A DNA stretch of 61,717 bases, filler included. It is 3 parts of 3 records of this genome, joined end to end, with 100 filler letters (N's around TTAATTAATTAA, not from the genome) between each part and the next. Parts side by side here need not be neighbours in the genome. Positions count along the whole stretch, not along the records: positions 14,891 to 42,415 come from SRR20825006_140; 2 more parts are not named here. One strand, given 5' to 3'. Positions 27,899 through 38,115 of this stretch are shown here, one piece after another. Made by a program: the position numbers and the translations under genes. Each line of letters opens with the position of its first letter. Position 1 is the first letter of the stretch. The notes below the pieces were generated by a model that worked only from the letters and a program-made list of their open reading frames with translations, was not told the DNA's origin and searched no databases.

Positions 27899-29011
27899 TT
27901 ACAATCTAAAGCCGATACCGTATTCAATGGATTCTGCTTTTGCCCAATGAGAGTGTACTGCAACGGTAGCGAATATTTTATCATTAAAAAAATAACGTTT
28001 TAAACCCAAGCGACTGTATATTCTATTTTCAAATTCATACGGCCAATACACGTAATACCCCAACTGAGTTACAAAAGCAATTTTATTAAACCGCAACTCA
28101 TGTCCTACAAAAATAGCTACGCGTTTGTAGTCTTCATCGCCTGAAAGATTATCTTCTGGATATGCAATAGAACGGTATTTAATTAATTCTTTTAGAAAAG
28201 TTGAAAAGAAAACGTCTACACCGCCAGTAATCGTGCTTTTATAGCTTAGTCGTTTATCTACATAGGCTGAAAGTTCATAAAAAGGTTCTTGTCCAAGGCC
28301 TATAACATCACTTTCATTCAATCCTGTTCTAAATTCAAAATTGTATTTAAAACGTTCTGAATGATTTTTTTTAAGCGAATCTGCTTCTTTAGGAATATAT
28401 TCTGGAAACTCTTTATAATCTAATTGATAACTAAGCCCCGCATTTAGCGCAAAAGTATTTGTGCTATTATTTGGCGCTTTAAGATTCCCATTACTATAAT
28501 GAAACAATGTAACCCCAGCATGAAAACCTAGGCCTTTCCATATATTTTCACGGACAAAATTTCCTTTTAAATAGGTCGTACTTAAAAACTGTGTTCCATA
28601 TGCATTGTTTATAAAATTTGTTTCAGCATCATAAGGCTTCTCAGCATATGCAACTCCTGTTCCTACAGAAATCTTTAAATTTCTATTTAAAAAATACCAG
28701 CTTAAATGGCTATAAACACCTGTAAGATTTCCTAAATATTCGTTATGCATGTTCTGATATGCAACTGAAAAACCCCAATCTGGATAATTATATAAACGCT
28801 CCCATTCATTAAACCCATAGGTTTTTATGTTATAGGAAAGTATCATTCCAGTGGGATGGCCAGTAATTAAATGCTGAATATCTGGATTGTGTTCTATAAT
28901 GCTTCCGTAGAAAAAATCGGCTTCAAGCGAAACTGGTTTTAATTCCTTTTCCTGTGCATAAAGTGAAAAACTTAAAAGAAAAAGTAAAAAGACGAATAAA
29001 AGATGTTTCAT
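27899..29011 (-). CDS. PagL-like (acyloxyacyl hydrolase) outer-membrane beta-barrel, copy 2
   Basis: Signal peptide; FHYSNGNLKAPN motif; C-terminal GIGFRL. Confidence 0.8.
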   Translation of the reverse strand: MKHLLFVFLLFLLSFSLYAQEKELKPVSLEADFFYGSIIEHNPDIQHLITGHPTGMILSYNIKTYGFNEWERLYNYPDWGFSVAYQNMHNEYLGNLTGVYSHLSWYFLNRNLKISVGTGVAYAEKPYDAETNFINNAYGTQFLSTTYLKGNFVRENIWKGLGFHAGVTLFHYSNGNLKAPNNSTNTFALNAGLSYQLDYKEFPEYIPKEADSLKKNHSERFKYNFEFRTGLNESDVIGLGQEPFYELSAYVDKRLSYKSTITGGVDVFFSTFLKELIKYRSIAYPEDNLSGDEDYKRVAIFVGHELRFNKIAFVTQLGYYVYWPYEFENRIYSRLGLKRYFFNDKIFATVAVHSHWAKAESIEYGIGFRL

Positions 29012-29038
29012 ATTTTTTTCAATGCAGGTAAAGATAAA

Positions 29039-29791
29039 TTAATCTTTAAATAATAACCGCCCTGTGAAAATTTCTTTTACATCCACTATTGGCGGGAGAT
29101 TATAGCTTAAAATATCGCCCGTGCCCGTAATTTTTCCTACAATACTTTGACTTGGATTTACAAGCATTTTGTTTGCGCTTCTTTGTGAAACAGTAAGTTC
29201 CTCCACTATTAAATCTTTTCCTTCAAAACGTGGCATTTCATCAGCAAAACTCAAATTTGCTTTTTCCGTTTTACCGGTAATATAAAAAACACTTTGCCCA
29301 TTGGCTTCAACAACAAATTCTTCGCAATTAATATTTAAATAAAAGTCGCCGCTTTTTCTAAATGTTTCCGGGCCCGCTGTAGTATTACTAACTAGGCTAA
29401 GTTTAGGAAAAGTGAGTGTTCCTTCACCAATAACATCATACGCAGAGCTATTTCTAATTTCAGTAATATTCGGCGTGGTAACATATATTTTGGTTATGCC
29501 GTAATCTCTCACCAAATTACAATCGTTTTGATCCTTGGCCACAAGTGTTTCGTCTTCTACATATACGGAAATATCGCTTAAAAGGTTTTCGCCAGTTTCT
29601 AGTAATACTTCCTGAATATCGCCTTGTTTTAAATACAACGTAATATCATTTTCTATTCTAATTTTTGAAAAATCTAGTACTTCATATTCCTTTGAAACAG
29701 AATTTCCAGCTGATTGCATACAATCCCAAGAATTTTCAGAATTACAGGAAACCAAAAGAAACATAACCGCTAAAAATGATAGTTTTTTCAT
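29039..29791 (-). CDS. GIN/DUF2807 beta-helix lipoprotein, copy 1
   Basis: Lipobox LVS-C, SWDCMQSAG, LETGENLL, IYVTTPNITEIR. Confidence 0.8.
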   Translation of the reverse strand: MKKLSFLAVMFLLVSCNSENSWDCMQSAGNSVSKEYEVLDFSKIRIENDITLYLKQGDIQEVLLETGENLLSDISVYVEDETLVAKDQNDCNLVRDYGITKIYVTTPNITEIRNSSAYDVIGEGTLTFPKLSLVSNTTAGPETFRKSGDFYLNINCEEFVVEANGQSVFYITGKTEKANLSFADEMPRFEGKDLIVEELTVSQRSANKMLVNPSQSIVGKITGTGDILSYNLPPIVDVKEIFTGRLLFKD

Positions 29792-29794
29792 AAT

Positions 29795-30892
29795 TTATAA
29801 TCTAACACCTAAGCCAAATTCAACACCTTCTACTTTCGCGCCATGTGACTTTAAAGTTACCGCACTAAAAATTTTATTGGTTAAATAATACTTCAAACCA
29901 GCTCTAAAATAAATTCTTCCTTCAAAATCATATGGGTAATAAACATAATACCCAACTTGTGAAACCACTGCCAAATCACTTATTCGCAACTCATGGCCTG
30001 CAAAAACCCCAACACGTTTATAGTCTTCATCGCCTTTTACACCAAATGATGGAAACGCGATAGAAAGGTACTCTGTCTCTTTTTTTAGAAACGGTAAGTA
30101 GAAAAAATCTGCCCCTAATTGAAGTGTGCTTTTATAACTTAAACGTTTGTCTGCAAATGCAGAAATCACAAAAAATGGATGCTGCCCTAAGTTTAAATAA
30201 TCACTTTCGTTAAGTCCGCCACGAAGTACAAAATTGTACTTTATCGGTTCTGAGAATTTTTTAGGAATTGAATCAGAAATGTAGTTTTTTGGAACCTCAT
30301 CTTCAAAAGAATATTGAACGCCCAAATTTACGGTGAATGTATTTGTACTAGAATTTGGTGCAGTAAAATTTCCATTCGAATAATGCATCAAAGTAATTCC
30401 AGCCTGAACTCCAACATTTTTAAAAATATTCTGCTTGTTATAGTTCAACATTAGGTACGTAGAACTCAATACATGACTCCCATAGGCATTGTTTTTGAAG
30501 TTTGCATCTATATCAAAAGGATTGGTATTGTACGTAAGCCCTTGTGCAACTCTAAGAAAAAGATTTCTTCGGAAGAAATAAAAATTGAAATGCCCATAAA
30601 GCCCATAATTTTCACCTAAAACCTCGTAATGCGGATTATGATATAAAAAAGAAAAACCCCAATCTGGGTAGTTATACTCCTGTTGCCAAAACTGCGACCC
30701 GTATGTTTTTTTATTGAAACCTATTATATAACCGTCTGGATGATTTTTTATTAAATGTGAAATATCCTTATTATGCCTTAGAATAGTACCATAAAAATAA
30801 TTGGCATCCACAAAGAAATCGTCATTGCTTTTTTCTTGTGAAAAAACAAAACAAGTTGTAAAAAGAAGAAGTAAAAAAATTCTTTGGGACAT
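29795..30892 (-). CDS. PagL-like (acyloxyacyl hydrolase) outer-membrane beta-barrel, copy 1
   Basis: Signal peptide from MSQRIFLL; MHYSNGNFTAPN motif; C-terminal GLGVRL. Confidence 0.8.
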   Translation of the reverse strand: MSQRIFLLLLFTTCFVFSQEKSNDDFFVDANYFYGTILRHNKDISHLIKNHPDGYIIGFNKKTYGSQFWQQEYNYPDWGFSFLYHNPHYEVLGENYGLYGHFNFYFFRRNLFLRVAQGLTYNTNPFDIDANFKNNAYGSHVLSSTYLMLNYNKQNIFKNVGVQAGITLMHYSNGNFTAPNSSTNTFTVNLGVQYSFEDEVPKNYISDSIPKKFSEPIKYNFVLRGGLNESDYLNLGQHPFFVISAFADKRLSYKSTLQLGADFFYLPFLKKETEYLSIAFPSFGVKGDEDYKRVGVFAGHELRISDLAVVSQVGYYVYYPYDFEGRIYFRAGLKYYLTNKIFSAVTLKSHGAKVEGVEFGLGVRL

Positions 30893-30912
30893 TACCACAA
30901 AATAAAGCAATC

Positions 30913-31869
30913 TTAAAATACCTGAGAAGCTATTTCTCTAATATTGTTACTTTTTCCCATAGAATAATAATGCAAAAAGGGAACACCAGCCTTCACCAAC
31001 TCTTTACTTTGTGCAATGCACCAATCAATACCAATCTGCCGTACTTCTTTATTATCTCTGGCTTTCACCACTTCCTTCACCAATGCATCAGGCAAATCCA
31101 CTTTGAATCTGTGGGGAATAAGGTTTAAATGAGTTTTTACGGCTATTGGCTTTAAGCCAGGAATAATTGGGACTGTTATACCTTCAGCTTTGCATTTTTC
31201 TTGAAATCTGAAAAACTTTTCATTATCAAAAAACATTTGAGTAACAATATATTCCGCTCCATTTTCTATTTTCCTTTTTAGAAATTGAATATCACTTTCA
31301 CTACTCGGCGCTTCCATATGTTTTTCAGGATATCCAGCCACTCCCACACAAAAATCTGTTGGATTGGTGTTTTGAAGGGCATCGTCCAAATAGATCCCTT
31401 TATTTAAATCACTTAGTTGCGAAACCAAATCGCAAGCGTATTTATGACCGTTTTTTTCTGGCGTAAAATAGGTTTCGCTTTTTACCGCATCACCTCGAAG
31501 TGCCATTACATTGTCAATTTCTAAAAATTGAAGATCTATCAAAAAATTTTCAGTTTCTTCTTTCGTGAAACCTCCGCAAAGAATATGTGGCACTGCATCT
31601 ACATGATACCGGTTTTGAATTGCCGCACAAATACCAACAGTTCCTGGGCGTTTCCGAACTATTTTTTTTTCAATCAAACCGTCCTTTACTTCCTTAAAAA
31701 CATACTCTTCACGATGATACGTAACATTTATATATGGCGGTTTAAACTCCATCAATGGATCAATATTATTGAAAATAGAATGAATATTCTCCCCTTTTAA
31801 AGGTGGTAAAATTTCAAATGAAAACTGAGATTTTCCGTTTCCGTTTTTTATGTGTTCCGTTACTTTCAT
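30913..31869 (-). CDS. metF: Methylenetetrahydrofolate reductase
   Basis: FSFEILPP, ALRGD, VAGYPEKH, TQMFFD, HYYSM. Confidence 0.95.
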   Translation of the reverse strand: MKVTEHIKNGNGKSQFSFEILPPLKGENIHSIFNNIDPLMEFKPPYINVTYHREEYVFKEVKDGLIEKKIVRKRPGTVGICAAIQNRYHVDAVPHILCGGFTKEETENFLIDLQFLEIDNVMALRGDAVKSETYFTPEKNGHKYACDLVSQLSDLNKGIYLDDALQNTNPTDFCVGVAGYPEKHMEAPSSESDIQFLKRKIENGAEYIVTQMFFDNEKFFRFQEKCKAEGITVPIIPGLKPIAVKTHLNLIPHRFKVDLPDALVKEVVKARDNKEVRQIGIDWCIAQSKELVKAGVPFLHYYSMGKSNNIREIASQVF

Positions 31870-34593
31870 CTAGTCTGCAAGGTTTGTTTTAAGCCAGTTT
31901 GTGGCTTCTTCAATATTCATGTTTTTTCGTTTCGCAAAATCTGCAATTTGGTCTTCTTTAATTTTTCCAAGTCCAAAATAACGCGCTTCAGGATTTGCAA
32001 AATAATACCCAGAAACTGAAGCTGCTGGCCACATTGCCAAACTTTCGGTAAGCGTAACATCTATGTTTTTATTTACTTTTAAAATTTCCCAAATAATTTT
32101 CTTCTCCAAATGATCTGGGCAAGCTGGATACCCTGGCGCGGGACGAATTCCTTTATATTTTTCTGAAATTAAATCTTCATTTGTAAGATTTTCCTCCGAA
32201 GCATAACCCCAATACTTTGTGCGCACCTCTTTGTGAAGATATTCCGCAAAAGCTTCTGCTAAGCGATCTGCCAAAGCTTTTACCATAATAGCGTTATAGT
32301 CGTCATGGTCTGCTATATATTTTGCAGCTAATTCTTGCGTGCCAAAACCTGTACTCACGCAAAAACAACCTATATAATCCTGAATTCCGCTTTCCTTTGG
32401 CGCAATAAAATCTGCCAATGCAATATTAGGTTTTCCTTTTGCTTTTTGAGATTGCTGGCGGAGTGTTTGGAAAATAGGGTTTTTAGTTTGTAATTTATCA
32501 GTTGATGTTTTCAATAAAATTTCATCATCATTAATTGTATTTGCTTCAAAAATGCCAAACACTGCGCGAGCCGTCAATAATTTTTCTGAAATAATTTTTT
32601 CAAGCATCTTTTTTGCATCTTCAAAAAGTTCTGAAGCTTGCTCGCCCACAATTTTATCTGTCAAAATATTTGGATACTTTCCGTGCAATTCCCAACTTCG
32701 GAAAAAAGGCGTCCAATCTATATATTTAGTTAATAAATTTAAATCAAAATCTTTTAAAACTTGAACGCCCAGATGATTTGGTTTTACTATTTCTGAAGCA
32801 CTCCAATCAATCTGAAATTTATTTTTCCGTGCTTCGGAAATAGGCAAATAGGTTTTTACTTTTTGACGCTTTAAAAAATCATTTCGGAAGGTATCGTATT
32901 CTTTTTTCAAGTTTTCCTTATAAACCCCCGAAGTTTCCTTTTTCAATAAATCGCCAACAACCGTTACTGCGCGTGAAGCGTCGTTTATATGAACCACAGC
33001 ACATTCGTATTGCGGATCAATTTTTACAGCGGTATGTGCTCTACTTGTGGTGGCGCCTCCAATCAATAACGGAACTTTAAAATTTTGACGTTGCATTTCC
33101 TTCGCCAAAAAAACCATTTCGTCCAATGATGGTGTTATCAAACCACTTAAGCCAATAGCATCCACGTTCTCTTCTTTTGCAGTTGCAATTATTTTTTCAG
33201 GTGGAACCATGACGCCCAAGTCTATAATTTCATAATTATTACACGCCAAAACAACGCCAACTATGTTTTTTCCAATGTCATGAACATCGCCTTTTACAGT
33301 TGCCATTAATATTTTCCCCGCATTTTTTGAATCATTTATATGCGGGTTTTTTAGTTTTTCTTCTTCAATATATGGAAGTAAATATGCCACTGCTTTTTTC
33401 ATAACGCGTGCACTTTTTACCACTTGAGGCAAAAACATTTTTCCGCTTCCAAAGAGGTCGCCAACTACATTCATTCCCGTCATTAAATGACCTTCAATAA
33501 CTTCAATAGGTTTTGAAGTGCTTTGTCTAGCTTCTTCAATATCTTTCAATATAAATTCATCAACTCCTTTTACCAGCGCTCTCGTAATACGGTTTTGCAA
33601 CGGTTCTTCCCGCCAAGAAAGATCTATCTTACTTTCTTTAGCAGTTCCTATTACGCTTTCTGCAAAATCCAATAATCGTTCGGTGGCGTCCTCACGACGA
33701 TCGAACATTACATCTTCTACATGTTCTAATAGCTCTTTTGGTATATCGTCATAAATCTCCAACATTGTAGGGTTTACGATACCCATGTTCATCCCAGCCT
33801 GAATTGCGTGATACAAAAACACAGAATGCATTGCTTCGCGAACAGGATCATTGCCGCGAAAACTAAACGATACATTGCTAACTCCACCACTTACGCTAAC
33901 ATGGGGAAGATTTTCACGAACCCAGCGCGTTGCTTCTATAAAATCGATTGCATTTTTTCGGTGCTCATCCATTCCTGTGGCAACAGGAAAAATGTTTAAA
34001 TCGAAAATAATATCTTCTGGGGCAAATTTTACTTGATTTACCAAAACATCATACGATCGTTTGGCAATTTCTATTCTTCGGTTGTAAGTATCTGCTTGCC
34101 CCTTTTCATCAAAAGCCATCACAATTACCGCGGCTCCATACCGTTTTATAAGTTTTGCATGATGAATAAATTCTGCTTCACCTTCTTTTAAACTAATAGA
34201 ATTTACAACACATTTTCCCTGTACAACCTGCAATCCTGCTTCAATAATCTCCCATTTAGAACTATCAATCATAATTGGAACTCGCGATATATCTGGCTCC
34301 GCAATTACAAGGTTTAAAAACTTTACCATTGCTTCTTTGCCATCAATCAAGCCATCGTCCATGTTTATGTCGATGATTTGAGCACCATTTTCAACCTGCT
34401 CACGTGCTACGGAAAGTGCTTCCTCAAAATTTCGTTCTTTAATAAGCCGAAGAAATTTCTTTGAACCTGCCACATTGGTTCGTTCTCCCACATTTATGAA
34501 ATTGCTTTCTGGGGTAATGATTAAAGGTTCTAAGCCTGATAATTTCAGGTATTTTGGTTGTTTGTTGTTGGTTGATGGTTGATGGACTTTCAT
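31870..34593 (-). CDS. metH: Cobalamin-dependent methionine synthase: pterin-binding, B12-binding and activation domains
   Basis: [46 protein letters not shown]. Confidence 0.96.
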   Translation of the reverse strand: MKVHQPSTNNKQPKYLKLSGLEPLIITPESNFINVGERTNVAGSKKFLRLIKERNFEEALSVAREQVENGAQIIDINMDDGLIDGKEAMVKFLNLVIAEPDISRVPIMIDSSKWEIIEAGLQVVQGKCVVNSISLKEGEAEFIHHAKLIKRYGAAVIVMAFDEKGQADTYNRRIEIAKRSYDVLVNQVKFAPEDIIFDLNIFPVATGMDEHRKNAIDFIEATRWVRENLPHVSVSGGVSNVSFSFRGNDPVREAMHSVFLYHAIQAGMNMGIVNPTMLEIYDDIPKELLEHVEDVMFDRREDATERLLDFAESVIGTAKESKIDLSWREEPLQNRITRALVKGVDEFILKDIEEARQSTSKPIEVIEGHLMTGMNVVGDLFGSGKMFLPQVVKSARVMKKAVAYLLPYIEEEKLKNPHINDSKNAGKILMATVKGDVHDIGKNIVGVVLACNNYEIIDLGVMVPPEKIIATAKEENVDAIGLSGLITPSLDEMVFLAKEMQRQNFKVPLLIGGATTSRAHTAVKIDPQYECAVVHINDASRAVTVVGDLLKKETSGVYKENLKKEYDTFRNDFLKRQKVKTYLPISEARKNKFQIDWSASEIVKPNHLGVQVLKDFDLNLLTKYIDWTPFFRSWELHGKYPNILTDKIVGEQASELFEDAKKMLEKIISEKLLTARAVFGIFEANTINDDEILLKTSTDKLQTKNPIFQTLRQQSQKAKGKPNIALADFIAPKESGIQDYIGCFCVSTGFGTQELAAKYIADHDDYNAIMVKALADRLAEAFAEYLHKEVRTKYWGYASEENLTNEDLISEKYKGIRPAPGYPACPDHLEKKIIWEILKVNKNIDVTLTESLAMWPAASVSGYYFANPEARYFGLGKIKEDQIADFAKRKNMNIEEATNWLKTNLAD
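34554..34586. repeat. Heptamer array, left arm of a 33-bp inverted repeat
   Basis: TTGGTTG TTTGTTG TTGGTTG ATGGTTG ATGGA; lies in metH codons 3-14. Confidence 0.85.
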
Positions 34594-34604
34594 TATATTT
34601 TCTT

Positions 34605-34946
34605 TTAATAATTAATAAATCCATTCAACAGTTTTTTACAACTCTCGATTTGAAAAATGATGTCATTCAATTGATTTTCAGTTATAAAATTTTGATCTGA
34701 TGCAAGAAGCAATTGAGTTTCTATTTCATAAAGTGATCCGCGCGAAACATATAAAAATTGAACTGTGTCTTTTGAAGTTCTTCTTCCGAAACCTTCTGCA
34801 ATATCTGAAGGGATTGAAACCGCACATCTTCTTGTTTGATTTGTCAATCCATATATTTCCTCTTTCGGAAAACTTTTCGTCAATTCATAAACAGTATTGA
34901 CAAGCTTCCGAGATAATTTCCAAACATCCAAATCTCTATACTCCAT
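34605..34946 (-). CDS. Four helix bundle protein (23S rRNA IVS protein family)
   Basis: [45 protein letters not shown]. Confidence 0.9.
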   Translation of the reverse strand: MEYRDLDVWKLSRKLVNTVYELTKSFPKEEIYGLTNQTRRCAVSIPSDIAEGFGRRTSKDTVQFLYVSRGSLYEIETQLLLASDQNFITENQLNDIIFQIESCKKLLNGFINY

Positions 34947-34954
34947 AATATTTC

Positions 34955-34987
34955 TCTATCAACTATTAACCAACAACAATCAACTAA
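34955..34987. repeat. Heptamer array, right arm of a 33-bp inverted repeat
   Basis: TCTAT CAACTAT TAACCAA CAACAAT CAACTAA; reverse complement matches 34554-34586 at 28/33 positions. Confidence 0.85.
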
Positions 34988-35925
34988 AAAGGTAAATTTT
35001 TCAAATCCACATTTCCGCCAGAAATTATTATTCCTACTTTCTTGTTTTTGAAGCTGTTTTTTTCACGAAGTAATGCTGCAAAAGCAACTGCACTACTGGG
35101 TTCAACTATTATTTTCAGACGCTCCCAAATAAGTTTCATCGCCCCAATAATTTCAGTTTCTTCAACCCTGATTACTTCTGAAACAAGTTCTTTTATAATT
35201 GGAAAATTTATATCGCCAAGAAAAGTTTTAAGGCCATCTGCTATAGTCTCTGTGGAATTGTTGAATTCTATTTTTCCACTTTTCAAACTTCGATACGCAT
35301 CGTCAACTTCAAAAGGTTCACCGCCAATAGTTTTACAGTTTTCACCAAAATATTTTGCTGAAAGTGAAGTTCCAGCAACTAGCCCACCACCACCGACTGG
35401 TGTGAAAATAAAGTCTAAATTAGGGTACAATTCTAGCAACTCTGCCGCTGAACTTGCATTGCCAAGAATTACATTTTTATCGTTTGAAGGGTGAATAAAA
35501 GTAGCTCCCGTTATTTTTTGAATTCGTGCAGCTTCGTTTTCACGAGCGATTGCTGTAGATTCAGATTCTGTTATTATTCCGCCATAGCCTTTTACGGCTT
35601 CTTTTTTTACTTGGGGAGCATTTTTTGGCATCACAATATATGCCTTAACTCCAAGATTTTTTGCAGCTAATGAAAGGGCTTGCGCAAAATTTCCCGAAGA
35701 ATGTGTTACAACTCCTGCTTCTTTTTGTGCTTCAGAAAGTTGCAAAATAGCATTGGTTGCGCCACGCATTTTGAAAGCACCCATCTTTTGAAAATTCTCG
35801 CATTTAAAAAATATTTCTGCTCCCACAAGTTCATTTAAATAAGAAGATTTAAGCACAGCTGTTTTGTGAACGTATGGTTTTACACGTTTACAGGCTTCTT
35901 CAACTTCTTTCTTTGTGGGGATCAT
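34984..35925 (-). CDS. PLP-dependent serine/threonine dehydratase or serine racemase family protein
   Basis: FKCENFQKMGAFKMRGA, HSSGN, PVGGGGL, EPSSA, ISGGNVD. Confidence 0.9.
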   Translation of the reverse strand: MIPTKKEVEEACKRVKPYVHKTAVLKSSYLNELVGAEIFFKCENFQKMGAFKMRGATNAILQLSEAQKEAGVVTHSSGNFAQALSLAAKNLGVKAYIVMPKNAPQVKKEAVKGYGGIITESESTAIARENEAARIQKITGATFIHPSNDKNVILGNASSAAELLELYPNLDFIFTPVGGGGLVAGTSLSAKYFGENCKTIGGEPFEVDDAYRSLKSGKIEFNNSTETIADGLKTFLGDINFPIIKELVSEVIRVEETEIIGAMKLIWERLKIIVEPSSAVAFAALLREKNSFKNKKVGIIISGGNVDLKNLPF

Positions 35926-35927
35926 AT

Positions 35928-36935
35928 TTAATTATTTTGAGTTTGAAAAACAGGACGTGGCTTGTAGTTTGAAGCAATTTCAGCTATCGCTTGTATGTGT
36001 TCAGGCGTTGTGCCACAGCAACCACCAATAATATTCACTAACTGTTTGTCTAAATATTCTTTTACCTGTGATGCCATTTGCGTCGGACTTTCATCATATT
36101 CTCCAAACGTGTTTGGCAGTCCGGCATTTGGATAGGCGCTAATAGCAAGATTGGTGCGGTTAGCAATCACTTCAAGGTGAGGCGTAAGTTGTTTGGCGCC
36201 CAAAGCACAATTAAAACCAATGCTTAATAGCGGGATATGCGAAATGGAAATTAAAAACGCTTCAGCCGTTTGCCCAGAAAGTGTACGCCCAGAAGCATCT
36301 GTAATGGTTCCACTTATCATAATTGGGATATCGATATTCCGTTCTTCTTTTATTTCATCAATTGCAAAAAGTGCGGCTTTGGCATTTAGCGTGTCAAAAA
36401 TAGTTTCTACCAAAAGTAAATCTACGCCGCCATCTATTAAAGCTTCACATTGTTGTTTGTATGCTACACGTAATTCTTCAAAAGTAACGGCGCGAAAACC
36501 TGGATCGTTTACGTCTGGGCTCATGCTTGCTGTTTTGTTGGTTGGCCCAATAGCACCAGCTACAAATCGTGGTTTGTTTGGTTCTTTTTTTGTGAATTCC
36601 GCAGCAACTCTTTTTGCAATTTTAGCCGATTCATAATTCAGTTCGTAAACCAAATCTTGCATATCGTAATCTGCCATTGCTATTGTAGTGCTAGAGAAAG
36701 TGTTTGTTTCAACAATATCTGCCCCCGCAGCAAAATATTTTGAATGAACCTCAGCAATTGCATAGGGTTGTGTTAGCGAAATTAAATCGAAATTTCCCTT
36801 CACTGATTTGTGAAAATCTTTAAATCGTTCCCCACGAAAATCTTCTTCCGAAAATTTATAGCGTTGTAGCATTGTCCCCATAGCACCATCGAGAATCAAT
36901 ATTCGGTTTTGTAACGCTTTTTGTATTTTATTCAT
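35928..36935 (-). CDS. metH: Homocysteine S-methyltransferase domain (N-terminal half of split MetH)
   Basis: LDGAMGTM, ETNTF, ETIFDTLN, GRTLSGQ, GFNCALG, PNAGLPN, GGCCGTTPEHI. Confidence 0.93.
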   Translation of the reverse strand: MNKIQKALQNRILILDGAMGTMLQRYKFSEEDFRGERFKDFHKSVKGNFDLISLTQPYAIAEVHSKYFAAGADIVETNTFSSTTIAMADYDMQDLVYELNYESAKIAKRVAAEFTKKEPNKPRFVAGAIGPTNKTASMSPDVNDPGFRAVTFEELRVAYKQQCEALIDGGVDLLLVETIFDTLNAKAALFAIDEIKEERNIDIPIMISGTITDASGRTLSGQTAEAFLISISHIPLLSIGFNCALGAKQLTPHLEVIANRTNLAISAYPNAGLPNTFGEYDESPTQMASQVKEYLDKQLVNIIGGCCGTTPEHIQAIAEIASNYKPRPVFQTQNN

Positions 36936-36948
36936 TTCTTGGTTTCAA

Positions 36949-38115
36949 TTAAAGTGCTGCAAAAGCATTTTTTAAATCGTTCTTTATGTCTTTTACGTGT
37001 TCCAATCCAATAGAAATACGAACCAAACTGTCTGTAATTCCAACTTCAAGCCTGTCTTCTTTCGTTAATTTACTATGTGTAGTTGATGCAGGATGGGTTA
37101 CAATTGTTCGAGAATCGCCTAAATTTGCTGAAAGCGAACACATTTTTAAAGAATCTAAAAATGTTCGCCCAGCATGAAGCCCTCCTTTTATTTGAAATGC
37201 AATTACATTTCCACCCATTTTCATTTGCTTTTTTGCAATTTCATAGTTTGGATAGGATGGCAGAAAAGGATATTTCACATCAACTACCATTTCGTGGTCT
37301 TCTAAAAATTGTGCTATTTTCAATGCGTTTTTACAGTGTTTTTTCACTCTTACCGAAAGTGTTTCCAAACTTTTTGAAAGTATCCAAGCATTAAATGGGG
37401 AAAGTGCTGGTCCTGTATTTCTGGCAAATAAATATATTTCACGAATCAACTCTTTTTTTCCCACGGTTACACCTCCTAAAACCCTACCCTGACCGTCAAT
37501 CAATTTTGTGGCGGAATGAATAACTAAGTCGGCTCCAAATTTTATTGGATTCTGCAAAAAGGGCGTTGCAAAGCAATTATCAATAACCAGCAACAAATTA
37601 TGTTTCTTAGCAATTGCGTTTAACTTTTCAAGATCTATAATAGCCACCGCAGGATTTGTGGGCGTTTCAGCATAAAGAATTTTTGTTTTTGAAGTAATAA
37701 TAGATTCAATAGTATCTAACTCATCTATTTTGAAATAACTTGTAGTAATATTCCATTTTGGAAGAAACTTAGTAAATAAGGTATGTGTAGAACCAAAAAC
37801 ACTTCGGCAGGAAACAATATGATCGCCACTATTTAGTAATGCTGCAAAAGTGGAAAACACCGCAGCCATGCCAGTGGCAAAAGGATATCCAGCTTCAGCA
37901 CCTTCCAATGCGCACATTTTTTCTACAAACTCTGAAGTATTCGGGTTTGTAAAACGACTGTAGATATTGGTTTCCTTTTCTTCAGCAAAAGAAGCACGCA
38001 TATCTTCTGCATCATCAAACACAAAGCTTGATGTTAGAAAAAGTGGGACGGAATGCTCCTTAAATTGACTGCGTTCATTCTGAATTCGAATTGCTTCTGT
38101 TTCGAGCTTTTTCAT
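36949..38115 (-). CDS. metZ: Cys/Met metabolism PLP enzyme, O-succinylhomoserine sulfhydrylase-like
   Basis: LFLTSSFVF, YSRFTNP, ATGMAA, HSATK.IDGQGRVLGG, ANLGDSR. Confidence 0.85.
   Translation of the reverse strand: MKKLETEAIRIQNERSQFKEHSVPLFLTSSFVFDDAEDMRASFAEEKETNIYSRFTNPNTSEFVEKMCALEGAEAGYPFATGMAAVFSTFAALLNSGDHIVSCRSVFGSTHTLFTKFLPKWNITTSYFKIDELDTIESIITSKTKILYAETPTNPAVAIIDLEKLNAIAKKHNLLLVIDNCFATPFLQNPIKFGADLVIHSATKLIDGQGRVLGGVTVGKKELIREIYLFARNTGPALSPFNAWILSKSLETLSVRVKKHCKNALKIAQFLEDHEMVVDVKYPFLPSYPNYEIAKKQMKMGGNVIAFQIKGGLHAGRTFLDSLKMCSLSANLGDSRTIVTHPASTTHSKLTKEDRLEVGITDSLVRISIGLEHVKDIKNDLKNAFAAL

Noticed and set aside
32477-32511. Faint 7-nt periodicity inside metH ([12 protein letters not shown] loop), possibly a heptamer remnant
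   Set aside because: The units are too degenerate to distinguish from AT-rich background without an alignment.
34605-34946. Diversity-generating retroelement suggested by the Avd-like fold
   Set aside because: No reverse transcriptase and no template/variable repeat pair seen in the segment.
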